Positions 32,943-41,639 of a DNA stretch of 43,550 nt are shown in pieces. This DNA comes from a virus. Location of the stretch: UHGV virus genome UHGV-0212646; one strand, written 5' to 3'. The position numbers were made by a program, and so were the translations under genes. The notes under the pieces are model-generated. The model was not told the origin of the DNA and did not search any database. It saw only the letters and a list, made by a program, of their open reading frames with translations. Each line of letters starts with the position of its first letter. Within the stretch, counting starts at the first letter, position 1.

Positions 32943-33971
32943 TTAATCAATTTTGTTTGTAATTTCTTTAATTGTGTCTCTACAATTTTCCAAATAATCT
33001 TTTTTTACAACAACACGACGACCTTGAATTACATACGTTCTGCTTTCAAGTATATAAAATGGACATCCTCTCGCTGTGGAAACGATACCTGTAGTCTGAA
33101 AATCTCTTGCCTCTACTATTAAACTCTCTTTATCCAATGTTGAAAAAATATACTCATTTTCTTTGTCAGATAACAAACTTTCAACGACTCCATCTATCGT
33201 TCTCAATACCGCGCCATACGCAGAAGCAGCCCCCATATACTGTGTCAATCTATTTTTTATAATACAATGAATAACCGGTAACGATTTCCCTGCTTTTCTC
33301 ATTTTAGTAGAAAATGCAAATTCCTGATAAATCGGATGGGGCAATTTAAAACCATATATTAACGAGAAAGCATTCTGAATAGCTCTTCTAGAAGAATCAT
33401 CTGCCATGACAGGAAGAATTAATCTGTTTGATGCTGCTAACGCCATTTGAGTAAATATGGAAAAACTGGGGTTCATATCAAAAAAGGCCGTATCGTACTG
33501 ATTTTTTCCAGATTTCATTAACTCATCAATCCATTCAATTACTCTAATCCATGTGTCTGTTCCAGGAATTTGAGTATTTGCCAATGTAGATACAGCATTC
33601 GATTGCAATTCTAACATTGGGTCTCCACAAATCAATAAAATATTTGATGGTATATTTTCATTATATTGATTTGGTATTGTTACATAATCAAAAAAATTAA
33701 TATTTAAGCTAGAATACGGATTTGGTAATTTGTCTTGAATATATCCGCCGATCGTTGCCCTTTTGGCTTGCCCTTGAATTTTCATTAGATTGTCACTTCC
33801 AGATCCAACTAATCCACCAAGCAAAAGCTCAGATAAGTTAGCCTGCGGGCATACATCTACCACTAAAACTCTTTTGTCTGGATGATCTATTGCATACTGA
33901 CATAATAACTGAAAACACAAGGTCGTCTTCCCTGTTCCACCTTTATTGTTCCAAAAAGCATATTTATTCAT
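32943..33971 (-). CDS. AT-rich orphan ParA/MinD-like P-loop ATPase (342 aa)
   Basis: Deviant Walker A KGGTGKTT, Walker A' VLVVDVCPQAN, Walker B AFFDMNPS, extra C-terminal ~100 aa. Own promoter TTGACA-N17-TAAAAT. No ParB partner. Confidence 0.7.
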   Translation of the reverse strand: MNKYAFWNNKGGTGKTTLCFQLLCQYAIDHPDKRVLVVDVCPQANLSELLLGGLVGSGSDNLMKIQGQAKRATIGGYIQDKLPNPYSSLNINFFDYVTIPNQYNENIPSNILLICGDPMLELQSNAVSTLANTQIPGTDTWIRVIEWIDELMKSGKNQYDTAFFDMNPSFSIFTQMALAASNRLILPVMADDSSRRAIQNAFSLIYGFKLPHPIYQEFAFSTKMRKAGKSLPVIHCIIKNRLTQYMGAASAYGAVLRTIDGVVESLLSDKENEYIFSTLDKESLIVEARDFQTTGIVSTARGCPFYILESRTYVIQGRRVVVKKDYLENCRDTIKEITNKID

Positions 33972-34049
33972 TTCAATTTCCCCTTTCCTCTAAATTTTAT
34001 GGTATTTTTTTTACTTTGTCAAGTAATTTTTTTACCTGTTTCATCATTA

Positions 34050-34078
34050 CAAAAAGACACCCTCTATCAAGGATGTCT
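34050..34078 (-). terminator. intrinsic terminator downstream of the tRNA
   Basis: agacatcc-ttgataga-gggtgtct followed by ttttt on the minus strand. Confidence 0.5.
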
Positions 34079-34114
34079 GGAACGTCTGGGTGGAGATCCC
34101 TAAACCAGGCTAAC

Positions 34115-34186
34115 GGATCCTACAGGAATCGAACCTGTGACACGGTGGTTAACAGCCACCTGCTCTGCCAGCTGAGCTAAGGATCC
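34115..34186 (-). tRNA. tRNA-Asn (anticodon GTT), phage-encoded, no encoded CCA
   Basis: Cloverleaf hand-folded: acceptor GGATCCT/AGGATCC, D-stem GCTC/GAGC, anticodon stem GGTGG/CCACC with loop CTGTTAA, T-loop TTCGATT. Confidence 0.8.
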
Positions 34187-34348
34187 ATAAGGGGAGCGTC
34201 CAGCCCTGATCCGGAACCAGAGCCAGACGATCCGGCCGCGGGGCTGTGACACCCGGCGGCCGACTGGGGCTAAGTGCAAGCCGTCGGCTGTATGCCTTTG
34301 GCTTCGGATTTTATTATAAAACGACTTTTCCGACATAAACGACCTTTT

Positions 34349-34756
34349 TTACTTAATTCCACAACTTTTTAGATACTTATCTCGGATATGTAACCTCGGA
34401 TAGTCTGGGTTATCCCGATACCCCAGTCTTTTTGCAACCTCTTTCCATGGCAGCCCATCCAGATAGAAATATTCAAATACTTTCCTGGTAGCCGTATCCT
34501 CGATTGCCTCAACCCACTTTCTAATTTCTTCTGCTTCTGCCTCTTTCTGATCCAGAAGCCGGCGCTTTCTTCTATATCGTTCATCATCAAAGCCCACCAC
34601 TGCCTGCGGACGTTCAAAGCCCTTACTATAGTCTTTTATGACGCTGCTCCCCAGCCCTGCATCTGTTGTATTCATTTCATTCAGTTCCCACCTCAGGATC
34701 GCAATTTCCTGCATCAGTCTCTTGTAGCTTTCCAAGCGCTTTATTGTCATTTCCAA
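34349..34756 (-). CDS. phage late transcriptional activator (sigma-70 region-4-like; RinA/ArpU-class)
   Basis: AGGAGGTG SD, then TTG. C-terminus KVFEYFYLDGLPWKEVAKRLGYRDNPDYPRLHIRDKYL. Located upstream of terS. Confidence 0.5.
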   Translation of the reverse strand: MEMTIKRLESYKRLMQEIAILRWELNEMNTTDAGLGSSVIKDYSKGFERPQAVVGFDDERYRRKRRLLDQKEAEAEEIRKWVEAIEDTATRKVFEYFYLDGLPWKEVAKRLGYRDNPDYPRLHIRDKYLKSCGIK

Positions 34757-34855
34757 CGGTATCACCTCCTGTATCTCTCATCCGGGCATAATGACGTATA
34801 CGCATAGGCCGGCATCCGGGCTGACCACTCGTCCAGCCTCGGCCCCCGGATCGCC

Positions 34856-34999
34856 TCTGCGTCACTGGCCGCTACTGCCCGCTCTCTCCGCAGCCGGTTC
34901 GCCTTCCTTTGGGCCTCCGTTTTTACAATCCCCATTATGTATCCCTTCTTTCTGGCCCCGCAGCAGGGCTATGGCGTATTCCAGGTATGGATTTTTCTT
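34856..34999 (-). CDS. possible 47-aa ORF in a GC-rich spacer (doubtful)
   Basis: Strong AGGAGGAAACA-ATG, but the composition is atypical. Confidence 0.2.
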
Positions 35000-35034
35000 C
35001 TGCCACATTGTTTCCTCCTGGGCTATATGTCAGT

Positions 35035-35265
35035 TTAGTCAGCTTCATATTCGACAACAGTACCACTGGTATCTTTTATAAATTTTACATTCGCCTCCCC
35101 AAATGCCTCTTTAAACTTCCTTAAAGCCATATCTGTTCCATCATCACAACCAGCATACATTTCTTCAGCAATGTCCTCCGTAATTTCCTCAAACAACTCT
35201 TCATCTTTTGTATCTACTTCGATGCTGTGATTAAATCCCACTTTTTCCATATAACTAAATACCAT
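35035..35265 (-). CDS. hypothetical acidic protein (76 aa)
   Basis: GGAGGTG SD. Confidence 0.5.
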   Translation of the reverse strand: MVFSYMEKVGFNHSIEVDTKDEELFEEITEDIAEEMYAGCDDGTDMALRKFKEAFGEANVKFIKDTSGTVVEYEAD

Positions 35266-35287
35266 TTTCTCACACCTCCACTAAGTT

Positions 35288-36085
35288 TTAATTTTCGTGT
35301 CTCAACTCTACTGGAAATTCCTGTATCAACGGTTCTCCCCAAATATCCGCAAGACTAGATTTCATAAAAACAGGAATGTTAAACTTTCGGCACTCATTCG
35401 CAATGTCCCCAATCCATTTCCTTTCCGGCACAACTCGGTTCTTTCTGCGCCCGGTTTCTGCGCCGATAATCACCCAATCAATACCTCTGATATGGAATTC
35501 TTTGAATGGCTCCAGTAAAGGCTCAATGCTGATAAAAGTCTTTATGGAATGGTGTGTTGTAAAGTCACATTTATTCCCCATTGGGCCGGTTTGCGACCAT
35601 CCAAACCACATATTCGGCGGCATGTACCGGTCAATAACTTTTTCATATCGTTTCGGATTTTTCGTAAGAAACAAGTAATTGTGCTGTGGCGCATTATCAC
35701 AAGCCTCAAACACTTCCTCTATCCATTCATCAGGCACCCATTCACCAAATAAATCCGCCATGCTACACACAAAGATATTTCTGCTTTTCTTATTCTGGTA
35801 TTCATTTAGGCGGTATTTATGGAATGTTGGCATGAATCCGAACGGATACGGCACTCTCTTTCCGTCAATTGTATCCACAGGATAACGAAGAACACGGTTC
35901 CCTGCTCCGCTCCTTACTGAATCCATAATCCATCTTCTTTGCAATTCCGGTGGAGCATCAAGCGTTGTTCCCTCATACGAAAATCGTTTTGCAATCCCTC
36001 TGGCATAGCAGTATTCGCACCCATGCAGGCAACCTGTTACTGGATTCCATGTACTGTCACACCAATCTATCTTTGTTTTATCCAT
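35288..36085 (-). CDS. phage Gp37/Gp68-family protein (DUF5131)
   Basis: N-terminus MDKTKIDWCDSTWNPVTGCLHGCEYCYA is the family hallmark. Confidence 0.7.
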   Translation of the reverse strand: MDKTKIDWCDSTWNPVTGCLHGCEYCYARGIAKRFSYEGTTLDAPPELQRRWIMDSVRSGAGNRVLRYPVDTIDGKRVPYPFGFMPTFHKYRLNEYQNKKSRNIFVCSMADLFGEWVPDEWIEEVFEACDNAPQHNYLFLTKNPKRYEKVIDRYMPPNMWFGWSQTGPMGNKCDFTTHHSIKTFISIEPLLEPFKEFHIRGIDWVIIGAETGRRKNRVVPERKWIGDIANECRKFNIPVFMKSSLADIWGEPLIQEFPVELRHEN

Positions 36086-36099
36086 ATTCCCTCCAAATC

Positions 36100-36288
36100 T
36101 CAATTTTCTTCATTCAGCCAGTCACGTATAAAATCCCGGCCAGCATCATGCGTACACGTTCCAAGGCAGCCATTCCCAAAATTAGGACATCTTTCCGCAC
36201 AATCAAATGGAATTTCATGAAATAATTCCGTCAGCTCTTCTTCGCTCATGCTTTTTATGCGATCTATGTTTTTCATCTTCTCCTCCAA
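36100..36288 (-). CDS. small Cys-rich hypothetical protein
   Basis: GGAGGAG SD. Cys motifs CAERCPNFGNGCLGTC. Confidence 0.45.
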   Translation of the reverse strand: MEEKMKNIDRIKSMSEEELTELFHEIPFDCAERCPNFGNGCLGTCTHDAGRDFIRDWLNEEN

Positions 36289-36344
36289 AGGCTAAATTTG
36301 TTCTATCCATGATATCAACACATATACTGTCCTGAGGTGATATC

Positions 36345-36515
36345 ATGGATTCTTGTGAACTTACAGTAACGATTTCTGCTCTGGCCTGCTGTATCGCGGA
36401 TGGCAAGTCTCCGGAAGAGATCGCCCTGCTCAGTTCCATTTTTATGCAGCTTGGTGACTCTCTGGCCACTATGGCTGCACATCAGGCCCTCTGTGCTCCC
36501 AAGGATACCAAGTAA
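36345..36515 (+). CDS. small + strand hypothetical protein (56 aa) in an otherwise minus-strand block
   Basis: GAGGTGA SD, 5-nt spacer, ATG. A perfect 13-bp inverted repeat (36305-36317 / 36338-36350) encloses the -10, SD and start. Confidence 0.35.
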   Translation: MDSCELTVTISALACCIADGKSPEEIALLSSIFMQLGDSLATMAAHQALCAPKDTK

Positions 36516-36530
36516 TTCCTTGGGAGAAAC

Positions 36531-36935
36531 TCACTCCTCTGGCCGGTATGGCTCCGGCAGCGGCTGCCAGGCGGCAATATCTTCATGAATCATGCACGCA
36601 TCTGATAGCGCTATATGCCACCTTTTTCCCCTAGGGCCATACCATGCTACCAAAATCCACCCCTTTTTCGTGCAAACCAAAACATCTTCTCTATCTTCCG
36701 GCAGCCTCTCCTCCACTGGGATCCAGCGGTGCTCCGATGTTTTTCCGTTCGCGTTTAACGCCTTGATTTCTTCCGGCGCCAGACCGGTATCCTCATACTC
36801 CATCAACTTCCAGAGAGCTCCATACAGCCGCTCCCGTAAATACTTGGTGATTACCTGTCCTTCATGCAGCTGTTCCCATGGCACTCCCTCCAAGCACCAA
36901 TTTCCCTGCTCATCTTTCTGTGTTAATCTCTTCAT
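36531..36935 (-). CDS. DUF551-domain phage protein
   Basis: C-terminal WQPLPEPY. GGAGGAAGG SD, then ATG at 36935. Confidence 0.6.
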   Translation of the reverse strand: MKRLTQKDEQGNWCLEGVPWEQLHEGQVITKYLRERLYGALWKLMEYEDTGLAPEEIKALNANGKTSEHRWIPVEERLPEDREDVLVCTKKGWILVAWYGPRGKRWHIALSDACMIHEDIAAWQPLPEPYRPEE

Positions 36936-37065
36936 TCTCGCCTTCCTCCTCCCACTCAAGTGCCTCGCCGCATATCTGGCAGTATTTCTGCCCCGGCTCA
37001 ATCCTCTCATTCTCACATACAGGGCACATAAATCTTTCTTTTCCCTGCATCAAAATCTTAGCCAT
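36910..37065 (-). CDS. small zinc-ribbon protein (51 aa), missed by the ORF track
   Basis: MAKILMQGKERFMCPVCENERIEPGQKYCQICGEALEWEEEGENEEINTER. CxxC-N12-CxxC. Overlapping ATGGCTAA start/stop with the upstream gene. Confidence 0.45.
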   Translation of the reverse strand: MAKILMQGKERFMCPVCENERIEPGQKYCQICGEALEWEEEGENEEINTER

Positions 37066-37309
37066 ATCTATTCTCCTTCCTCTCACTCTTCAAAACACCA
37101 TCATCATTCTGGTGTCTATATTGATCCTTCGGCAGCCTCTGGATCTTAAACCTGTATTTTCGGGCATCGTCTCCTATTCGCTGAAACAATCTGGCTTCGG
37201 CCAGCATCGGCGTATCCTCGCAGATGCCAAACTGGAATTCCCGGCGGACACTATTCCAGACGCCATATTTTTCTCCCTCACAACCATAAATCCATTCAAA
37301 ATGCTTCAT
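37058..37309 (-). CDS. hypothetical phage protein
   Basis: ORF in the operon. Confidence 0.45.
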   Translation of the reverse strand: MKHFEWIYGCEGEKYGVWNSVRREFQFGICEDTPMLAEARLFQRIGDDARKYRFKIQRLPKDQYRHQNDDGVLKSERKENRYG

Positions 37310-37332
37310 TCTGTATCCTCCAACATCTCTAT

Positions 37333-37614
37333 CTATTCAATCCCATCTATTTTCTTATTCTCCCACATCTGACGAAAACGTTCCCCTGCTGCTACCCGCT
37401 GCTCCTCTGAAACCTTCCTTGGAGGACTGCATTTAATCCAGGCAACTGGTACATGAAAAAATGCTGAACCATCTTCATTAACCGCTATAATCTTTACATC
37501 CTCTGGATGTGATTCTGCATATCGGAGGAGTTTCGTTTTCCAAGCTGTACCACTGGGAACCGTCACACCTGCATAGTCCCGATCCTTTGTCCATTCAATC
37601 GCATATTCATTCAT
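37333..37614 (-). CDS. hypothetical phage protein
   Basis: ORF in the operon. Confidence 0.45.
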   Translation of the reverse strand: MNEYAIEWTKDRDYAGVTVPSGTAWKTKLLRYAESHPEDVKIIAVNEDGSAFFHVPVAWIKCSPPRKVSEEQRVAAGERFRQMWENKKIDGIE

Positions 37615-37750
37615 GACTCTTTTCCTTTCCTCGGCCTTATCAGTGCAATAATCTTTCCTGTCGCACTCAAATTTTTGTAATACACATTTGTCCCATAATA
37701 ATAAAATCCTCTTATTCCCGGGCGGCCTTCATTGCGTATGTATTTTATCT

Positions 37751-38017
37751 TCATCGCTGCCCCTTTCTGCTTCTGGCCTCCAGTTCATCCATAACAAAAT
37801 TAACAAGTGGAGACGCTACCGGCTCTTCCTCCGTTGTAGGGGATGTACCTTCCCACTTCCGAACCATATGGTTCCCATACTTTTCCTTGATTGCATCCGC
37901 TTCCGCTCTCAGTACATCCCATTCCCCTGAATCTTCTGGCGGCACACGGTCGCGCCATTTCATCCAGAACCGGTTATAGACATCCACGAAGATATTTGAT
38001 ATAGTTTTATTATCCAT
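37751..38017 (-). CDS. hypothetical phage protein
   Basis: AGGAGGAAAA SD, then ATG at 38017. Confidence 0.45.
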   Translation of the reverse strand: MDNKTISNIFVDVYNRFWMKWRDRVPPEDSGEWDVLRAEADAIKEKYGNHMVRKWEGTSPTTEEEPVASPLVNFVMDELEARSRKGQR

Positions 38018-38039
38018 TTTTCCTCCTGTCGTCACAATG

Positions 38040-38336
38040 CGTTACAGCTTCATGTAACCAAATGATAGGTCTCAAACCTGCATAAATACTGGTTTTTTTA
38101 TGACCGGTTACAAGGTTACAAGGTTACAACACTTTTTTCCCTATACGCGCGAGGCACATAGATGATTAAATTGTCTGACTTCTTTTACATACATATGCCT
38201 TCCTATAAGCTTATAAAAAACCTGTAACTTTTGTAACTTTGTAACCGCACCCCTCAAACCCGCATAAACACTGGATTTTTCGGTTACAAAATACGCTTTT
38301 TAAATTGTAACCCTGCCTCAGGATTCTGTAACGGCT
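38040..38336. repeat. putative replication origin: GGTTACAA/TTGTAAC iterons plus two ~28-bp direct repeats
   Basis: ggttacaaggttacaaggttacaa, ctgtaacttttgtaactttgtaacc, cggttacaaaa, ttgtaacc, ctgtaacgg. ctcaaacc(t/c)gcataaa(t/c)actgg at 38069 and 38253. Confidence 0.55.
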
Positions 38337-40178
38337 TCATTTAAACGGCAGTTCGCCGTCCTCCACAGGGATAAATTCTTCCTGCGGGTAAATCTTCTCA
38401 GCCATGTTGATACACGCACACCGGGCCGCCTTTCCGTTGACCTTGGCAGATTTATACAGGTTATCCTTCCCTTTTGACAGCCTTCCCGCCTGATCCAGCC
38501 ATGACAGCAACGCTCTGGGATTGTATCCCCCTTCTTCACAGATGCGCTCAAACACGCTCTTGATTATACGCACCTCATCACCGGATACAGAGCCGTAGCA
38601 GGGATCTGCGCTGGGGTCAAACCTGGCAGCATTGCTGACATAAAAATCCTGGATATATTCATATCCGCGGGCACCGATATCTACCGCCTCCCTGGAATGG
38701 AGGTATGGTTCTATATCCCCAACCGTCAAACCCCTGCCATCGCAGAAGATCCATTCCGTAGCCAGCGCATCGGCTGTCAGCAGGATTGCAGCTGCCATGG
38801 TCTGTTTTTCCGTGCTGGATGTCCCTATATCACGGTAAAACTGCTTATAGAGGCCGGCTGCCTTTTCTTTTGCCTGATCGGTGGACATAAATGCCATGAA
38901 CAGTTTCCCGGCATACCCATAGTTAGACCGGATCACATCCAATACCTCAACTGCATCCTCAAACAGCATCTCCCTGCACTCAATTTCTATGATACGGTTT
39001 ACCGCACCCGCACCGGATGCAGCATGGGTAATGGGGGATTCTCCTGATGTAATAGTGCAGTTCTTCCATGTAGGGGTCTTCTGTAAGCCTCCGGCTTTTG
39101 CCCCTCTTGTCTTCCCAATTCCTTCACACAGCATATATACGGTTTGTTCAAAGGATTTTTTATCTTTCACAAGCTGGAATTCATCCAGTATCAGGGGCAG
39201 GTTGTTCACAAAACCGGCCAGCTGCTCCAGGCCTACAAGGGTGCCGTTAAATGTCTGGAGATACCCGGCCCCGTCATTTGGGTCAGCCCATACAGAAACT
39301 GCCAGAAGCTGTGCCACTGTCTTTCCTGTTCCAGATCCGCCCCACAAATGCAGGAGGAAATTCAGCTTTCCAATGGCTTTAATGACGATTGATGCAAAGG
39401 CTGCTGCCAGAGCGATCCTCGCCGCCGATCCTGCCTGCCTGACTTTTCTTGCCATGCCGAGCCATTTCTCATAATCTCCATAAGGGTGCACCGATTCAAA
39501 CACTTTCCGAAAGTTCTCCAGGCCGTCAAACTCCAGGTTTTCCATATACGGACTGAACAGCCCGTTGGATGTCCATCCCAGATGGCTCACGGACTGGGCC
39601 TCCGGGATGGTGTTATGGTTCAGATCCTCCAAGTCCTGAAGGTATTCCACCAGGAAGGCTGCATTCTTGTCCGAGACCGAAATGTCCTTATCTGCCAGCT
39701 TCTTGATCTCCCTGGAACTGAAAAGGGTGCTTTTATTGGCAATCACCTCCCGCCAGCCGCGGAAATCCCTCCGAAACATAATCCGCAGCCGCACGGTCCC
39801 GTCATCAATATTTACCAGGCGCTGCACGGGCAGGATCGGGTGCACACAGGCAACATCCATCCCCTGTTCGCCGTTCCTCCGGAGGATCCCGTCATCATTG
39901 GCAATCCAGTCTCCGGTCAGCAGTTCAATGGGCTGGTCCTTAAAATCCGTCAGGTTATTTACCACGCTGCTCAGCCCGCTCCTGCGTTCTTCGTGCTGTT
40001 TCATATATGCCTTTACCATGGTCCCGAAACGCCTGAACCCGACACGTTCTGCGTTTGCATTCAAGTCATTATAAAGCTGCAGGTATGCAAACCCATTGTC
40101 CTTATGTTCAAACAGGAGACGGTATGGCTCTTCTGTATTAAATTCTTCCCTGCTGTACTCCTTCCTGATCTCATCCAT
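38337..40178 (-). CDS. DNA primase/helicase (DUF927 / D5-VirE-like, SF3 helicase Walker A)
   Basis: HLWGGSGTGKTVAQLL, 613 aa. Confidence 0.75.
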   Translation of the reverse strand: MDEIRKEYSREEFNTEEPYRLLFEHKDNGFAYLQLYNDLNANAERVGFRRFGTMVKAYMKQHEERRSGLSSVVNNLTDFKDQPIELLTGDWIANDDGILRRNGEQGMDVACVHPILPVQRLVNIDDGTVRLRIMFRRDFRGWREVIANKSTLFSSREIKKLADKDISVSDKNAAFLVEYLQDLEDLNHNTIPEAQSVSHLGWTSNGLFSPYMENLEFDGLENFRKVFESVHPYGDYEKWLGMARKVRQAGSAARIALAAAFASIVIKAIGKLNFLLHLWGGSGTGKTVAQLLAVSVWADPNDGAGYLQTFNGTLVGLEQLAGFVNNLPLILDEFQLVKDKKSFEQTVYMLCEGIGKTRGAKAGGLQKTPTWKNCTITSGESPITHAASGAGAVNRIIEIECREMLFEDAVEVLDVIRSNYGYAGKLFMAFMSTDQAKEKAAGLYKQFYRDIGTSSTEKQTMAAAILLTADALATEWIFCDGRGLTVGDIEPYLHSREAVDIGARGYEYIQDFYVSNAARFDPSADPCYGSVSGDEVRIIKSVFERICEEGGYNPRALLSWLDQAGRLSKGKDNLYKSAKVNGKAARCACINMAEKIYPQEEFIPVEDGELPFK

Positions 40179-40713
40179 CCCTGTTTCTCATTTCCTCCTG
40201 TTCCTGTTTCGTTCCAAATGCCAGTATCTCGTAATAATAGCGGTTCCTCTCCCTCAGGCTGACTGCTGCCTCCCAGACCTCCGAATACGGCTCCATACCA
40301 GGGATCAGCCTGTCCAGCATCCGGAGGGTCCGGCAGACTTCGCCCAGACGGCTCCATTTCCAGGCGGTTCTTTCCCGCTCCGCCTCACGCTGCTCTTCCC
40401 GTTCCCTTTTTATCTGTTCCCTCCGCCTCTGGGATGCAATCCGGCTGCAGGGCCGGTATGTGCCTCCCAGGCTCAGGAATGCTTCTTTGAATGAAACGCC
40501 CTCCATTTCCTGAACAAATGTAAAAATATCCCCGTTTGCCCCGCAGGCATGGCAGTGGTAGTCTTTTTCATACACCTTCAAGGACGGGGTTCTGTCCCCC
40601 TGGTGGAATGGGCAGCTGATAAAGCCGGCCCGGTTCGGATGGAACCCATAACGCTCCACGATATCGCGCATACTGTATGTATTCTTAATCTCACTGCAAT
40701 CCACATCTATCAC
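40171..40713 (-). CDS. DnaG-type CHC2 zinc-finger protein (primase-associated)
   Basis: CPFHQGDRTPSLKVYEKDYHCHACGANGD. GTG start chosen to limit overlap with the upstream gene. Confidence 0.55.
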   Translation of the reverse strand: MIDVDCSEIKNTYSMRDIVERYGFHPNRAGFISCPFHQGDRTPSLKVYEKDYHCHACGANGDIFTFVQEMEGVSFKEAFLSLGGTYRPCSRIASQRRREQIKREREEQREAERERTAWKWSRLGEVCRTLRMLDRLIPGMEPYSEVWEAAVSLRERNRYYYEILAFGTKQEQEEMRNRDG

Positions 40714-41203
40714 CGCCCAAAAGCTCAATGATCCGTTTTCCCGTATCCTTCTTATCGCAGAACAGAAAAAGGCATCCATACTTTTCCTGGAATGTGCGCA
40801 ATATCTTATACAGCTTGTCCCCTGTGATTGCTTTTGTCTCACGCTCCGTCCACTGGCCTGTCTCTGGATCTACAAACCGCTTATGCCGGCGTGGATTATC
40901 CCACCATATCACATCCTCCAGCTGTTCAATCCCTTTCCCATGTTCACACAGGATTATCATTTGTATTCCATGCTCCTGTGCCCGCAGTATTTCATTCCGA
41001 AACCGGCTGTGTCCCTGGCACACATTGCTGCACAGCTCTGTCAGGTTCTGTTTCCTGTCTATAATCAGACGGGGATTATCATAATTCATATAATCCCCCA
41101 CATACAGCTTTGATACGAAATGATCCACGCCCCGGCGGTCAAATTCCTCTACAATCACTCGGATTGCCCTCGCTTTTTCCCTTGAGTCAATCTGTATATT
41201 CAT
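40691..41203 (-). CDS. ERCC4-type nuclease (possible Holliday-junction resolvase)
   Basis: IQIDSREK...LYVGDY ERCC4 motifs. Confidence 0.6.
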   Translation of the reverse strand: MNIQIDSREKARAIRVIVEEFDRRGVDHFVSKLYVGDYMNYDNPRLIIDRKQNLTELCSNVCQGHSRFRNEILRAQEHGIQMIILCEHGKGIEQLEDVIWWDNPRRHKRFVDPETGQWTERETKAITGDKLYKILRTFQEKYGCLFLFCDKKDTGKRIIELLGGDRCGLQ

Positions 41204-41213
41204 GCAGCCACCT

Positions 41214-41639
41214 CTAGTTAAACGGCAATTCTTCGTCTTCTACATCATCCGGAATATCCATGAACCCATCTCCTATATCTTTTCCCTGGGATTGGGCCTG
41301 CCTGTCCCCCTGTTTACTGGATCCACTCCTGCTTTCTACAAATTCTGCTGTGTCCACCACAACATCTGTTGTATAGACTTTTTTTCCTTCCTGATTTGTA
41401 TAAGATCCTGTCTGTATCCGGCCAGTCAGGCCCAGCCGCTGGCCTTTAAAGAACCATTTTTCCAGAAATTCCGCTGTTTTTCCAAATGCTACACAGGAAA
41501 TAAAATCAGCGTTTTCTCCCCCTTCCTTTTTTATTCTTCGGTCCACTGCAAGGGTAAATCTTGTTACTGTAGATCCATTGTCCAAGTAACGGACTTCCGG
41601 GTCTCTGGTCAATCTCCCGACCAACTGAACATTATTCAT
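41214..41639 (-). CDS. ssb: single-stranded DNA-binding protein
   Basis: OB-fold sequence and an acidic C-terminal tip DEELPFN. Confidence 0.85.
   Translation of the reverse strand: MNNVQLVGRLTRDPEVRYLDNGSTVTRFTLAVDRRIKKEGGENADFISCVAFGKTAEFLEKWFFKGQRLGLTGRIQTGSYTNQEGKKVYTTDVVVDTAEFVESRSGSSKQGDRQAQSQGKDIGDGFMDIPDDVEDEELPFN

Noticed and set aside
34100-34336. 78-aa minus-strand ORF
   Set aside because: It is a translation through tRNA-Asn and its GC-rich leader. The ...SLAQLAEQVAVNHRVTGSIPV stretch is the tRNA read as protein.
39486-40262. 258-aa + strand ORF, plus the 161-aa ORF at 38989..39474
   Set aside because: Antisense to the primase-helicase gene, with no SD and low-complexity composition.
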